A stretch of 64,000 bases of DNA, taken from positions 66,886,051 to 66,950,050 of the forward strand of contig NC_068985.1 of assembly GCF_001194135.2 (NCBI RefSeq), given 5' to 3'. The notes under the pieces are model-generated. The model was not told the origin of the DNA and did not search any database. It worked only from the letters and a program-made list of their open reading frames with translations. This DNA comes from Octopus bimaculoides (taxonomy: Eukaryota). Of this stretch, positions 12,541 through 24,458 are shown piece by piece. How positions within the stretch are numbered: the first letter of the stretch is position 1; each line of letters opens with the position of its first letter. The position numbers and the translations under genes are program-made.

Positions 12541-12675
12541 AATAACTAATATATGATTTTAATGTTACTGTCTCAGGGTATTTAAACTTGGCCCGAATTT
12601 TCTAATAAACTGAAGCTCTTTGTTTTGACGTTGGGTGAAAGTTGTGTTGTATATATATATATATATATATATATA

Positions 12676-14113
12676 CTACAGCTAAGCCCGGTTTCATCCG
12701 GTCAGAGAACGACGCGAAGAGAGAAACGAAGACATAAAAAAGAGGAAGAAGTGGATACGAAGTGGTGTTTGGGCGACGGATCTTGGTAGAAAAATAAGAA
12801 TGTCATGGTGAGTTAGTAAGGAGAGCAAAGCAAGACTGGACTTACGTGGGCTGGCAAGACGATGAAAAAATTACGGAGTTGAAATTGGAGCAGTTGAAGT
12901 TGCCGTTGTTATCATTGGAGTGCCTATAGGTAGACAACATTCTTGGCAATAATACAACCCCCAGTGACCCCCACTTGGATCAATAACAAAATGCAACTTC
13001 CCATAATACTACACAGATTACCACATATACTAGGGGTGATAGCCCCACTCAATCCGATACTGACACTGATTATACCTTCAGTTCTTCTATACTGATAACG
13101 GACCATATGAACTTCACCTCTCCAGCATTAAACCCCAACCGTAGAGCAGGTAAGACAACTTACAATTGTCAGGTATCTCAACCATCCTTGGCGACCACAA
13201 TCACTCAATACTTAATAGATTCTCAGATGTAATATTCTCTTGTGAACAAATGTTTTAGTCATCATTCACCCATTTTATTAAATCTATGCAATCTCACAAC
13301 TATAACTTTCTTTAATTATAATTTACCATGAGGTACGAATAGATGGGCGTAACAACTAACCACCCTTTCTACTAAAGTCTTCTTTCTTATGTTTACATTT
13401 TCAAATTCCTCTAACCGACTACGTTCCACCTCCCCCACAGCCCCCTCATTCTCACAAATGATATTCTTCTCCATTCTCTCCTTTCTCCTCTTCCACCAAA
13501 AGCACTTACAATTACCCCACTCAATTAGATACTAACGTATCAACCTCTCCCTCCCTCTCTATTCAGATGTCTCTCTATTCAATTTCATACATCTCTGCTT
13601 AGTTCAGTACTCCCCCTCCATTACCTACTCACCTTCATTATTGTACTAACTACTGATATCTTGACCACCGACTCACCCCCTACTCTGTCCACCTCCCTCT
13701 ACCTTCTTTGATACCTTTCTACAAACCATAGTAATCTCCCTCCGTCACTGAATTAGACACTTCCCCTCCTTCAAATAATTGCTATTCCTTTTCTCACCAA
13801 CTCAACTTCAAATAATTCTATAACTATTATCCCAAAAGTTTACACAAGCTATATACAAACCAAACTGACCACCCTTCAATTACTGTGTATCCGACCCCTC
13901 CCATTTATCAACCCTACTCTCGACCTCTAATACTACCTTCCTTGATTCCTCATTATTAATCCCTCCCACTTCTTGAAATAGCTCACTTATCACTTCTCAC
14001 CATTCCCTGTCTTAACACTCGCTACAACCGCACCGACACTCCTACATCTCCCCTTTAATACGGCTAGATATCCATATTTAATCATTCCATCTTTGAACTT
14101 CTTAGCATTAAGA
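12676..14113 (-). mobile_element. Putative non-autonomous Helitron-like element
   Basis: Minus-strand 3' end GACCGGATGAAACCGGGCTTAGCTGTAG|T has a CCGG-6nt-CCGG hairpin and a CTAG-like end. A possible A|TC 5' end lies at 14113. The interior is non-coding and G-poor on the + strand. The right boundary is uncertain. Confidence 0.5.
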
Positions 14114-14124
14114 TCTGAAATGTA

Positions 14125-14260
14125 TGATCTTTCCTAACCAAATGATGAAGGCTCGTCTTATCCATTGCTGGTTGCTTCCATTACGGCAGCACATCTACAA
14201 ACACTGATGAATCGCAGAGCCATCAGAAAGAGCTGTTGGACTTACATCATCTTTCTGCCA
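14125..14260 (+). mobile_element. Possible CR1/L2-type LINE RT C-terminal remnant
   Basis: SYPLLVASITAAHLQTLMNRRAIRK resembles the CR1/L2-group motif SHIW.GA...HL..LD.IQRRAIR; short and degenerate. Confidence 0.35.
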
Positions 14261-14499
14261 CCCCTTTAACTTTGTCGATTGTAGTCTGTGTATGTTGGAT
14301 CAATTAATATAAATATCTGTTTATTCACCATCTGAGAATCTCCACCTTTTTTTTTCTCTCGTTTTGCATGTATACATATATACACATATTGTTTTTCATA
14401 CCCAAACTTATATTTAATTCATCTAGTTTGTTTATCCGCATATTTGCCACATATATTTATGTATATATGCATATGTTTCTCTCTTTATGCGTCTCAATG

Positions 14500-14686
14500 A
14501 TCCCGCCACTGCTTGGTAACCAGTGTTGATTTGAACACGTCCACGTGAAAGAGTGGTTTAGCAAAAGAGACCGATACAATAACACCTAAAGAAAAGAAAT
14601 ACTGAGGCGATTTATTCGACTGAACACTTCAAGGTGGTGCCTGAGTATGGCTACTCTTCAATGACTGAAACAAGTAAATGTTAAAG
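14500..14686 (+). mobile_element. SINE family A, diverged 3' half
   Basis: GCAAAAGAGACCGATA...CAAGGTGGTGCC...AATGACTGAAACAAGTAAA. Confidence 0.75.
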
Positions 14687-14688
<2 letters not shown>

Positions 14689-14762
<74 letters not shown>

Positions 14763-14790
14763 TGTGTATGTGTGTGTGTGTGTGTGTGTG
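14689..14790. repeat. (GT)n microsatellite
   Basis: About 100-bp TG run directly after the SINE tail. Confidence 0.97.
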
Positions 14791-15155
14791 TTTGTATGCT
14801 TGTGTGTGTGCATGAGACCTTGCGTGCGTTTGCAAAAATTGTTGAGGTATTTATCGTGGTTTCTTCTTGTATCTTCAAGAAACAATACATCTATGAGATT
14901 AAAAGTGTTGTTTTCTAAAAGAGTGGATATAATATTCTCATTTTTCGTGTTTCAAATGTATCAAACATAACGCCCAAATATACTTCCTTATTAGAATGTA
15001 TTATAATATAATACATGCTTTGAAATTCAGCAAGGAATGTAATATAGTGCGTAGGATTTAATTGCTGTAATTTGAAGTGATTTTTGTACACATGCACGCA
15101 CGCTCGCACACATACACACACACACATGCGCACATGTGCATGAGTGTATATGTAC

Positions 15156-15192
<37 letters not shown>

Positions 15193-16057
15193 CCGGTGCG
15201 TGTGAATGTGTATCTATGTGTGTATATGGACGTGTATACGTAACTGTGTGAGTTTTTGTTTTCTAATACAGAAGAACAATTTCAAATAGAATCTGACAAG
15301 AGCTACAAAGAACTAATTCATGCGGAATCAGCTTCTGTATTTCTTATTGTCTTATAATCAAAAACAAAGATCCAGTGAAGCCAAAGCATTGAAAATGATC
15401 CTGCATTAATATTCAGTCACGGTATACGGAGGATTATAAAAGAGATGATGGGGAAATGAATGTTTTAAAGATCTTTAATAAGACTAAAAAGCTAGAAATT
15501 GTTTGATGCGTCAAAAGATGTAGAGAAATATTTAGAATTATTGTGTACTCTTCGCATAAAATTTGTTGCTGTGTAGCATCTGTTCATCGTAGTAACAGTG
15601 AAATAATGTGCAGAGAATTCTATAATGTATTGTGCTTTTTGAAGAATACAAATATATTTCTTCAGCTTTATTTGTACGACTTATTGAATTAGCTTCCTAT
15701 TTTTATAATTTTAACCATTTGAAAAACTTTGCCTACTTCAGTTGATCACTAGAGGGAAGAAATAAAACTCCAAAACTGAGAAAAGTGTTAGGGTACTAAT
15801 CCCTCCACTTGATGCATGTGAATATAAGGCTATGCTAGTTCAAGGGAGGCAACATGTTAGTATGATTACATATATGTATTCATGAGACATTTCATATGTT
15901 CATATACTGTGTATGCGTATATTTTATGTATCTATATGCGTATACATGCCCACATGTATGTATGTGTGTATGTATGTATGTATGTATGTATGTATGCATG
16001 CATGCATGCATGTATGTATGTATGTAATATATGTATGTGTATGCATGTGCGTGTGTG

Positions 16058-16240
16058 TCTAGGCACAAGGCCCGAAATTCCTGGAGAGAGGGCCAGTTGA
16101 TTAGAGTCGCCCCCAGTACGCAACGGGTACTTAATTTATCGACCTGGAAGGATGAAAGGCAAAGTCGACATCGGCAGGATTTGAACTTAGATCATAAAGG
16201 CAGACGAAAAACCGTTAAGTATTTCGCCCGGCGCGCTAAC
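16058..16240 (-). mobile_element. tRNA-derived SINE, family B
   Basis: Reverse complement GTTAGCGCGCCGGGCGAAATACTT...AGTTCAAATCCTGCCGATGTCGACTTTGCCTTTCATCC...GGGCCTTGTGCCTAG matches 1181-1362. Confidence 0.88.
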
Positions 16241-16429
16241 TTTTCTTTATATATATATATATATAATTACATAACGATGTCAATATATACTTTAACCATA
16301 TAACACAAGCCTTCTGTAATTTTTTCACTCTTTTTTATCTTTCATATATATATATAATACAAAGAATATATATGCATGTATACACACATATATATACATA
16401 CTTACATCTACATGTGTATATACATGCAT

Positions 16430-17210
16430 ATCAAGGTACAGGGCGTTAGAAAAATGAACTACAGACAACGGAACGAACACATAGGAAAACAGATAGCCAC
16501 TTGGAATTATTTCTTCATCAGCTGCCTCTATTCTAACTAGGCGTTTCGAGGCCGCGTCAGATGACAGGCCATCCTAGGCCTGGTACCTGAGGTGGTCTTG
16601 TACATTGAAATGCATGGCTTTGGGTTTGCATCCTGTGCATCCTGTAATATCTTCTGGGTCATTTAAAAAAAAAGTCTGTTGCTCGATTGCTGCTGTTCGT
16701 ACAGCCTCTGTGTATTGCCTTTTAATGGGTGCAGAGTTTATGCACTGATCTATTTTCCTACTCTTTTGAGATGTGTTCCTTCCTGTCGGTGTACTATTGA
16801 CCTGCAGGTCCATTCTTGACGATTTTCTGTTATGTTTTTGCTGATTTTGTTTCAGATGGTTACTCTGCTTGTTGTTCCGGTAAGATTTGGGATGGGCAAA
16901 ACCGCGGCCTCTCCCCTTCCTCTATGCCACCAGGTGCCATTCAAATAAAATTCATATACAGCCTGTGCTGTATCAATTTCTGTCCTTCTGCTTCTTCGTT
17001 TTTCCTTCTGTCATTTTCGGTTTTTTTCTTTGTTCTTGTCATTACTGTTAGTTTTGTACTCGAGAGCATCACTTTCCTTGCCTGCGTCAGTTTTTATCTG
17101 CCTCTACTTTTCGCCACTGGCCAGCTTTAGCTGTTCTCATTGCAGCGGTTCCTGCTTGAAGGGAGTTTTGGAGCCGGTAGTGACGCATTTGCGTTTTTGA
17201 TACTGTCTGT
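16430..17210 (-). mobile_element. Probable Penelope-like fragment with terminal repeat
   Basis: Minus strand reads ...TCTGACGCGGCCTCGAAACGCCTAG...GCTGATGAAGAAATAATTCC..., similar to the CTGATGAAG terminal motifs at 21300-22880. The upstream part is a broken K/R/N-rich frame. No diagnostic protein motif. Confidence 0.4.
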
Positions 17211-17367
17211 TTGTCCTTAATTAATTTCAAGAAATGCAGTGTCGTCATTGCGCACTTCATCTGTTTCCTTCGTTATATCATCTAGTAGGTGGAGATGTGG
17301 CTTGCCAAGAGCATGAGATCGTATGAAATCGTGTTTCATTCGCTCGATGACACACACACACACACAC

Positions 17368-17423
<56 letters not shown>

Positions 17424-17460
17424 GTATATATATATATATATATATATACACAGACACATA

Positions 17461-18355
17461 CGTTGTCTGAACAATAACTATCCGGAGTGTTGCCTTGGTA
17501 ACGAAGCAAAACCATGCAGAGTAAAGCCGCTTGACACAGATTGAGCGTGGATTTTGTTGTGCATGAGTACTATGTTTAACGTTCTACCTCAATTCTGTTG
17601 TTTAAAGCAGTGCTTAGAAGTAAGGTGTGTAGCGTGTGATCGTCATAATGACTATGACAGAAGAAATGTGGATCAGAGGATCTGCATGAAATTTTACCTA
17701 AAGCATGGCGGTACCTGCTCAGAGGCCTACGCAAACATTTCCATTAGTCATCGTTCTCGATACAATCAAGGAGATCTTGAATAATTGAAACCCGAGTGTA
17801 GTTTTGGTCAGCTGAAAGCAGTTTTGGCACAAACTTCGTAGACACGCGTCTCATACCCAAATAATCTTCAGTGATAATGGACTGAACTGAACCGTAATGA
17901 TCTGCACATCGTCCGATAACTCACAGATGGTGATTCGATGATTTCCCTTCACAGCTGCACTCGCACCTGTGATGTTCTTCTCAGTTCTGCTGGTTGCGAA
18001 TCTCCCAGAACGTTCGTCAGTATCGACATTTTTTCGGCCATCTTCAGAATGTCTGAATCACTCCTGCACTTCTGTGCGGCTCGCACACACATCTCCATAC
18101 AGTTTCTGCAACTTTGCGTAGGTCTCGGAGCAGGTATCACCATGACAACTTTCTCAGACATGGTCAATGCGACGATCGCACGCTACACCACTTCATTTGA
18201 AGCACTACTGTAAATAGCAAAAGTGAGCTACAACGTTAAAATATAATGTGCAAATGCAACAGCGCTCAACGTCAATCTGTGCCAAGCGACTTTAATCTGC
18301 GTGCTTTAGCTTCGTTACAATGGAAACAGTCCGGATACCTATTGATCAAACCTCG
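17461..18355. mobile_element. Fold-back non-autonomous mariner made of two 5' ends
   Basis: TA target duplication at 17459-60 and 18356-57. Terminal repeats CGTTGTCTGAACAATAACTATCCGGAG and CGAGGTTTGATCAATAGGTATCCGGAC. The left arm (+) encodes NVDQRICMKFYLKHGGTCSEAY. The right arm (-) encodes HGDTCSETYAKLQKLYG...ERSGR...RITICELSDD...GMRRVSTKFVPKLL. Confidence 0.85.
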
Positions 18356-18746
18356 TATTGCAAAACAGACATTGTTGGGAAGGTCCGCTTTTGCCGATTA
18401 AACATGCACACTATTTATTTGATATTCAATTTAGCTTTATCATCATGAGTTTATTCGTTCAATTTCTTCCGTAACATACACTGTGACAATTGCATCGACT
18501 TTCTGTCTCACGTGTCTCCTCTTGTTCTGTGTATTCCATCTTGGCTTTCTATATAATCGTCTGTGCATACCACTGAGACGCATCTATACTTACATACATA
18601 TATACATACATACATACATGCATACACATACATACATACATTCATACATACATACATACATACATACAGACATACATATCTACATTTATCTATCTATCTA
18701 TCAATCTATCTACCTATCTATATGTATATATGTATGTATATATATT

Positions 18747-18784
<38 letters not shown>

Positions 18785-18879
18785 CACACACACATATATA
18801 TATATATAGATAGATAGATATAGATTGAAGGTGAACATGGTACTTATGTTAAGGCACCAGAATTAAGTATGGTATTATC

Positions 18880-20400
18880 TATACAGTTTCAAATAAGGTG
18901 ATTAAAGTCAAAATAAGCAAAAGCATATCTAAAGTTAATGCAGTACGATCGTTTCATGCGACTCCATTTAATTAAGTAATATGAACATTACATCAAATGT
19001 AAAATGCAGAGCAATACTCAGTTGCACAAAGATATAGAAATTTATTGAAATTACATTTCAACAGAAGGACATATTTTTATAACTACATTTAGACTCTCCA
19101 GGTAGAAAGGAAGAATGCAAAAAACATTTTGACTAAGCAACACCATACAGGCTAGTCTGTATGGTCTGGCTAAGTCAGCCAAAATCATCCAAACATGTTG
19201 AATTCTCTTATTGATTGTCTGAAAGATGGTGATATGGTTACGACAACGATTCTTAAATGAATCAGCCGTCTGTCCAATGCAAACATATGGAACTCCCATT
19301 GTGTGCGCGGTACATTCATATATAAGATTTGCACTCATACACAGATTCATCAAAGGATATTTTGATTTTTATCTGCATGAGCATTTATCGTATTTACTTG
19401 TATATAAGGCTTCATTCACCAACGTTGATATCGTATTAGCTGTATCATAAGTATTTCTACTTCTAGAAAGTGGTCGTAATTGATGCTTATCATTCCGGTT
19501 TAGAACTCCTTGTTTAATATTTAGATGCATAGATCCAGTAGGTGGATTATTGAAACTTTGCCGAACTTTGATATTGTTTATGCGATGCATGAGCTGCTCT
19601 AAATTAGCAGCGGAGGATACCTTCATGGTGTGCCGATTTAAATAATACCGATTAGGAAAACATTTTTCCAAATCAGCAAAAGAATTTCCAGTGATCTTGG
19701 TTGAAACATGCGAACCAAAAATCGGGTTGATCCAGACGACATCATGATTCGTATATCTGTTGTTAGGCTAATTTTCTTGAGTGTGTTGTACAGGTTTGGA
19801 ACAAACATGTGGATTATTATGTCAGGTGTGTCTATGTGTTTTCGTTGGTAGTTCATTGACATGACAAATTCATCCTGGCTTATATTCAGTATCGGAGTTA
19901 GTTCTAAAACCGTGACGTTGAATTGGTGTACATTGTGTATTACAATTGGATGAATTACCAGTGTTATGTATGCCTGCTTCTTGTATATGTAGAATTTTTT
20001 CACGTTACCTTCCCTAGCTAAAGCAGCATTATAATATGTTGTATGTGATTCGAAAATTTTATTATTAGCGGATAATATAGAAATTCTTGATGAAATATTC
20101 GTAACTATTCTCATATTATATAGGATTGATGGCTGGATGCTACATTAATGTACTTAATATGATCATTTGGCTTATGAAATGGTTCAAATAATCCAGTATC
20201 AAGACAGAAGGTGGCGTCACAATAATTTTTACCCAAAATAATGTTTAACCCTAAATTTTTTAAAAGTTTAAATAAATTTTTCTTAAGCCTTTCTAGTTGT
20301 ACTTTACTACTTCTGTCCAGAAACAAATAAGGTGTCATCCCTATATAGACCCCTTGTTAATTCCGGGAAGGAAAACTGGATTAATGAAAGGATATATATT
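18880..20400 (-). mobile_element. Naiad-like Penelope element (RT thumb to GIY-YIG), decayed
   Basis: DATFCLDTGLFEPFHKPNDHIKYINVASSH; ISSRISILSANNKIFESHTTYYNAALAREG; linker ...HTMKVS...; KCSCR*KSKYPLMNLC..ANLIYEC...VCIGQTADSFKNRCRNH. A hammerhead remnant lies at 18940-18968. Confidence 0.88.
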
Positions 20401-20569
20401 CCGACAAGGTCAGTGACTTGAGCTTAATCGTATGAGCCCATTGATATATCACATGCGTTCTCCCTATCTAATCTCCTCCATAATCTGCCATCAAAATCTA
20501 CTATATATACACATATATNNNNNNNNNNGTGTGTGTGTGTGTGTGTGTGTGTGTTTGTGTGTGTATGTG

Positions 20570-20800
20570 TGTGTTGGTGTCTGTGTTTATCTCCCATACC
20601 ATTGCTTGATAACTGATGTTGGTATGCTTGTGTGCCACTAAATTAGCGGTTCGGCAAGAGAATACGATAAAGTAAGTACTAATCTTACAAAGAATAAGTC
20701 CTGCGATCGAGTTGTTCAAGTAAACTGCATAAAGTGGTGCTCCAGAATGTCCACAATCAAATGACTTAAACAAGTAAAAGAATAAAAGAACAAAAGAATA
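20570..20800 (+). mobile_element. SINE family A, 3' half
   Basis: CATTGCTTGATAACTGATGTTGGT...AGCGGTTCGGCAA...AAGAATAAGTCCTG...GTGGTGCTCCAG...AATGACTTAAACAAGTAAAAGAATAAAAG. Confidence 0.85.
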
Positions 20801-21299
20801 TATATATATATATATATATATAGTCGATTCGAATGATTAAACATTATAAATAAGAATAACAAAACAACAAGTGAACGTGCACATGGAGTGTATTAGTTTG
20901 ATGCTCGTTAAAAAGAGAGAACTTTTGACGCTATGTCAGAAATGAAAATACAGAAGTCCAGAGAAGAAAAAATATCAGTAGCACCACGTGCGTTGTTGCA
21001 TGGATGAAGTGATTGGAAGTGGAAGGAGATAAAGTGGAGTTTTGGGACATATATATATATATGCACACACATATGTCTATCATAAAATTTCAATAAATAT
21101 ATAAATATACACCCACATTAAGCATCCCCTGTGCATTAAACATGCATAAACCAATGAAGTGCAAGATTCATGGATATGTTCCATAGTTGTGGCATTTACT
21201 AAATTTAGTTCTCCAGTTCGAAAGATACTGAGATTCAGTATTTACATATGTATGTTCGTATATGTATACATAGGACATCTTTTTCCATTAGCGTTATTT

Positions 21300-22880
21300 C
21301 TACACGTTTTAAATCAATGCTGTCCCATAGCTCTAAAACCTGTATTTTTTATGTACCTTGATATTTGTAACACCTACTTGTGCTGTTATTTGTCTTCATC
21401 AGTTTCGCAGCAGCATCTTAATGTTGACGCCACAAGATTGAACATTGTAATCGTTAAAAGTGTAACATTTTTATAATCAAGTAATGTTCGTAGCCACCTC
21501 CACATGGCTGTTCCGCTTGAACGGACATTACTGCGATTTTTTAACCCCAAGAAGACAACTTCTCTAACTGGTTAAAGATGCACAGCTGCATCTGATATAT
21601 TGTGGACAAGGGAACGAACCCCTACCACATGCTGAAGTGACTACGAACATTACTTGTTTGTACAACTACTGCGATCCTCTCTTAGAGAGATTTGAGAAGA
21701 AGCTTTTTAGGTTGTTGCAGAATCAGCGACCGTGTTTTGCTTGAATTTATATATATTGCGAGCAGAGGCAAGAGATACTGCCATCTCTAGCAGACGAGGT
21801 GTTCCGTATTAAAGAGAGGCAGAAATAGCTCTAAACCAGACTGGTATGCTACAAGGTGGTAGCGGTTCGTTTCCTTGCTAGCAATATATCGGATGCTGAT
21901 GTGAATTATTAATCAGCAAGAAGAGATGTCCTCTTGTGGTTAAAAACTTGCAGTAAGGTCCGTCAAACGGAACAGCCATGTTGAAGTGGCTACGAAAATT
22001 ACTTGCTAGTACAACTACTACTGTCATCTCTTAGAGATATTTTAGAACTAGCTTTTTAGATTTTTATAATTCTTGAACATTAACTGATGAGGAAAGAGCA
22101 TGTCCACGTCTTGTGTGTGAATTTTTGGTTTATTCCTTTGTCGTTCTTTTGTACAATCTTTGAATATTATTAATTGATATAACGCCACGAACCCTCCTAT
22201 TTATTCCCACCTCCTGACATTCTATATCGCGGGTAATATTTGCTGCGACGTTTCATTATTTCTCTTTTACTCTCTGTATTCTTCCCTCCACGCTTTCTCT
22301 TTTTGCTTTCTATCTATCTTTCCTCTCTCATCACCTTACTTCTCTGCTGCTATTTTCTGTCTACCCCTTTCATTTCACTCTTCTCCCTCCTTGTACCTTG
22401 TTCTGCGCAACCTCTCCTTTATTCCCTTTGTTTCCTTGCACTATCTCCTCTAACTTTTTCTTCATTTTTTCTCTCTATCTCCCCCCCCCCTTACTTTGCT
22501 CCCATCTCTACAAATGCCATTTTTCTTGTCTTTCACAACGAGTTTTCTCTCTCTACTTCCTTTTTAATGTCATTTCGGATAGAATTTTTTTTAGCGTTAC
22601 AACTGTTCATGCCTTGTCTTAATACTGTCTCATAGCTGTAAGACATTTATTTTGTATGAATATTTATATTTCTACCAACTACGTGTGTATTGTCTTTGTT
22701 CGTCACCATTATTTACGTTCACTCATTTACTCCTAGTAGGTTTTGGCTTTTGATGCCATCGAAATAAATATTGTGATGGTTCAAGGCGTAAAATCATGAT
22801 TTTTGGACGCTAACTGATGAAGAAAGCTTATCTTCACGTCATGTGTATGAATTTTCCTATTCTAGTTCTTCATTGCAATT
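21300..22880. mobile_element. Cluster of rearranged PLE-like terminal repeats (direct and inverted)
   Basis: 21478-21627 is inverted relative to 21856-22005. 21628-21715 is a direct repeat of 21978-22065. AACTGATGA(G/A)GAAAG...CACGTC(T/A)TGTGT(G/A)TGAATTTT occurs at about 22082 and 22812, with a reversed CTGATGAAG near 21395. Confidence 0.5.
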
Positions 22881-23666
22881 TTTTTTACCCCAAAGCCTGT
22901 CCAAAGCCCGGTTGGGAAAGGGAGAGTTGTGCGTTAGGCAACCAGAAGGTCAGGCATGGGTAGTTTACAGGACATGGTGACTAAGTGGCAGACACGTTTT
23001 CCTGGCCATGTGCTTCAATATATATATTTATACACACACATATGTATATATAGACATACATAAATATATGTGTGTGTGTGTGTGTGTGTGCGCATACGTG
23101 CATATGCATACAAGCTGGTTTTAAGATGAAATTGCCATGTAATATTTATGGCATTAAATGTAGAAATACGTCGATAACGCTCATCTTCATGAATTGTATT
23201 CTTTTGACGTTACTATATATTTTTGATTAGTTTGCATTACAACAACATATCCTACATTCACTATATCAAATTATTTTAAACAACGGAATTCTCTTAATGG
23301 CTTGGAAATTCGATTAAATTTGATTATCACACTTAAGAAGAGCCTTCCCTTTTTTGAGCTATTCTTCAAATTGTCTTAGCGATACTAAAGTAATTTATTA
23401 TTCAAAGGATTGATATCTACGGGTTGCTTTATAAACAAAGTCTGCAATTGAAACGTAGCAAAACATCCCTTGCTTGTCTCGTCTTTGAATGAATTTCATG
23501 TCGAACAATGGATCTGCTCCATATTATTTAGAACTAAGCAAAACATGGCATTAACAGTGAATAAACAATTTGATACTCCTCGTAATAATATTTCTGGTAA
23601 CTATAATGACTTTTTGCATTTATCGAACCGAATTCGACATTTATGATGCAGAAACGTGTATTTGTT

Positions 23667-23729
<63 letters not shown>

Positions 23730-23959
23730 NNNNNNNNNNCGTTGGATTTTGTTCTTGAGTAAAAAAAAAAAAAAGAGAAAAACTCACGTTCCTCTGCTGG
23801 TGGGAATGTGCCATAAATGTTGGGGCGTCGGCAGAAATGCTTTCCTGTTCATTTTCTGGCCCGCTTTATTTTGAGTCCAAGTTCCGCATGCCTGTAGAAG
23901 GCAAGGGAAAACCCATTCAGTATTCACTCTAAGACTAATCATGGTAGCGCATCTTTTAT

Positions 23960-24130
23960 TTTTGACATGCTTCAGTCATCAGACTGCGGTCAAACAGGGA
24001 CACCGCCTTGAAATTTCAATCGAATGAATTGAGCCAGTACATGTCTTTGGTTGGCCCGGGTCAATAGTAGATGAGACTTGCCCAAGATGTCACGCAGCGG
24101 GACTTAACTCGTAATCATGCGGGGTATGAA
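23960..24130 (-). mobile_element. SINE family A, internally deleted copy
   Basis: Reverse-complement tail (TTCAGTCATCAGACTGCGG...CACCGCCTT) is joined directly to head sequence (ACTTGCCCAAGATGTCACGCAGCGGGACT). Confidence 0.7.
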
Positions 24131-24396
24131 CATATCTCGTGGGCTGCGTCTCATTCATATTGGAATTCTTTCAGTGTATGAAACTTTGGGACATACCAGT
24201 ACATGGTTCTCACAACATTTTGCATATAGTCATCGACAACCTTTTAGTTTGCATCTGGTCTCCTTTCGGGTACATCGTATTGACAAGTCACAAAAATGAT
24301 GAAAAATGGATGTCTACTGCACTTGTAACGGGATCTAATGTGAATTATTTCGCTTGTCTTGACTATCTGGTGCTTTAACACCAGGCGAATTGATAT

Positions 24397-24400
<4 letters not shown>

Positions 24401-24457
<57 letters not shown>
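24401..24457. repeat. (TA)n microsatellite
   Basis: Pure AT run. Confidence 0.97.

Positions 24458-24458
<1 letters not shown>

Noticed and set aside
12319-12549. Poly-Ala/Val ORF resembling a transcription-factor or membrane segment
   Set aside because: It is fully explained by a (GCA)n/(GTA)n repeat and has no flanking coding context.
6780-19420. Selenoprotein-type Naiad (in-frame UGA at conserved Cys)
   Set aside because: The Cys codons I checked in the CxCx5C and CxxC motifs are TGT/TGC. The stop after KCSCR at 19369-71 is TAA. There is no UGA at these positions.
22240-22635. 131-aa hydrophobic ORF
   Set aside because: It is low-complexity pyrimidine-rich sequence (F/L/S bias) with a non-ATG start and no motif.
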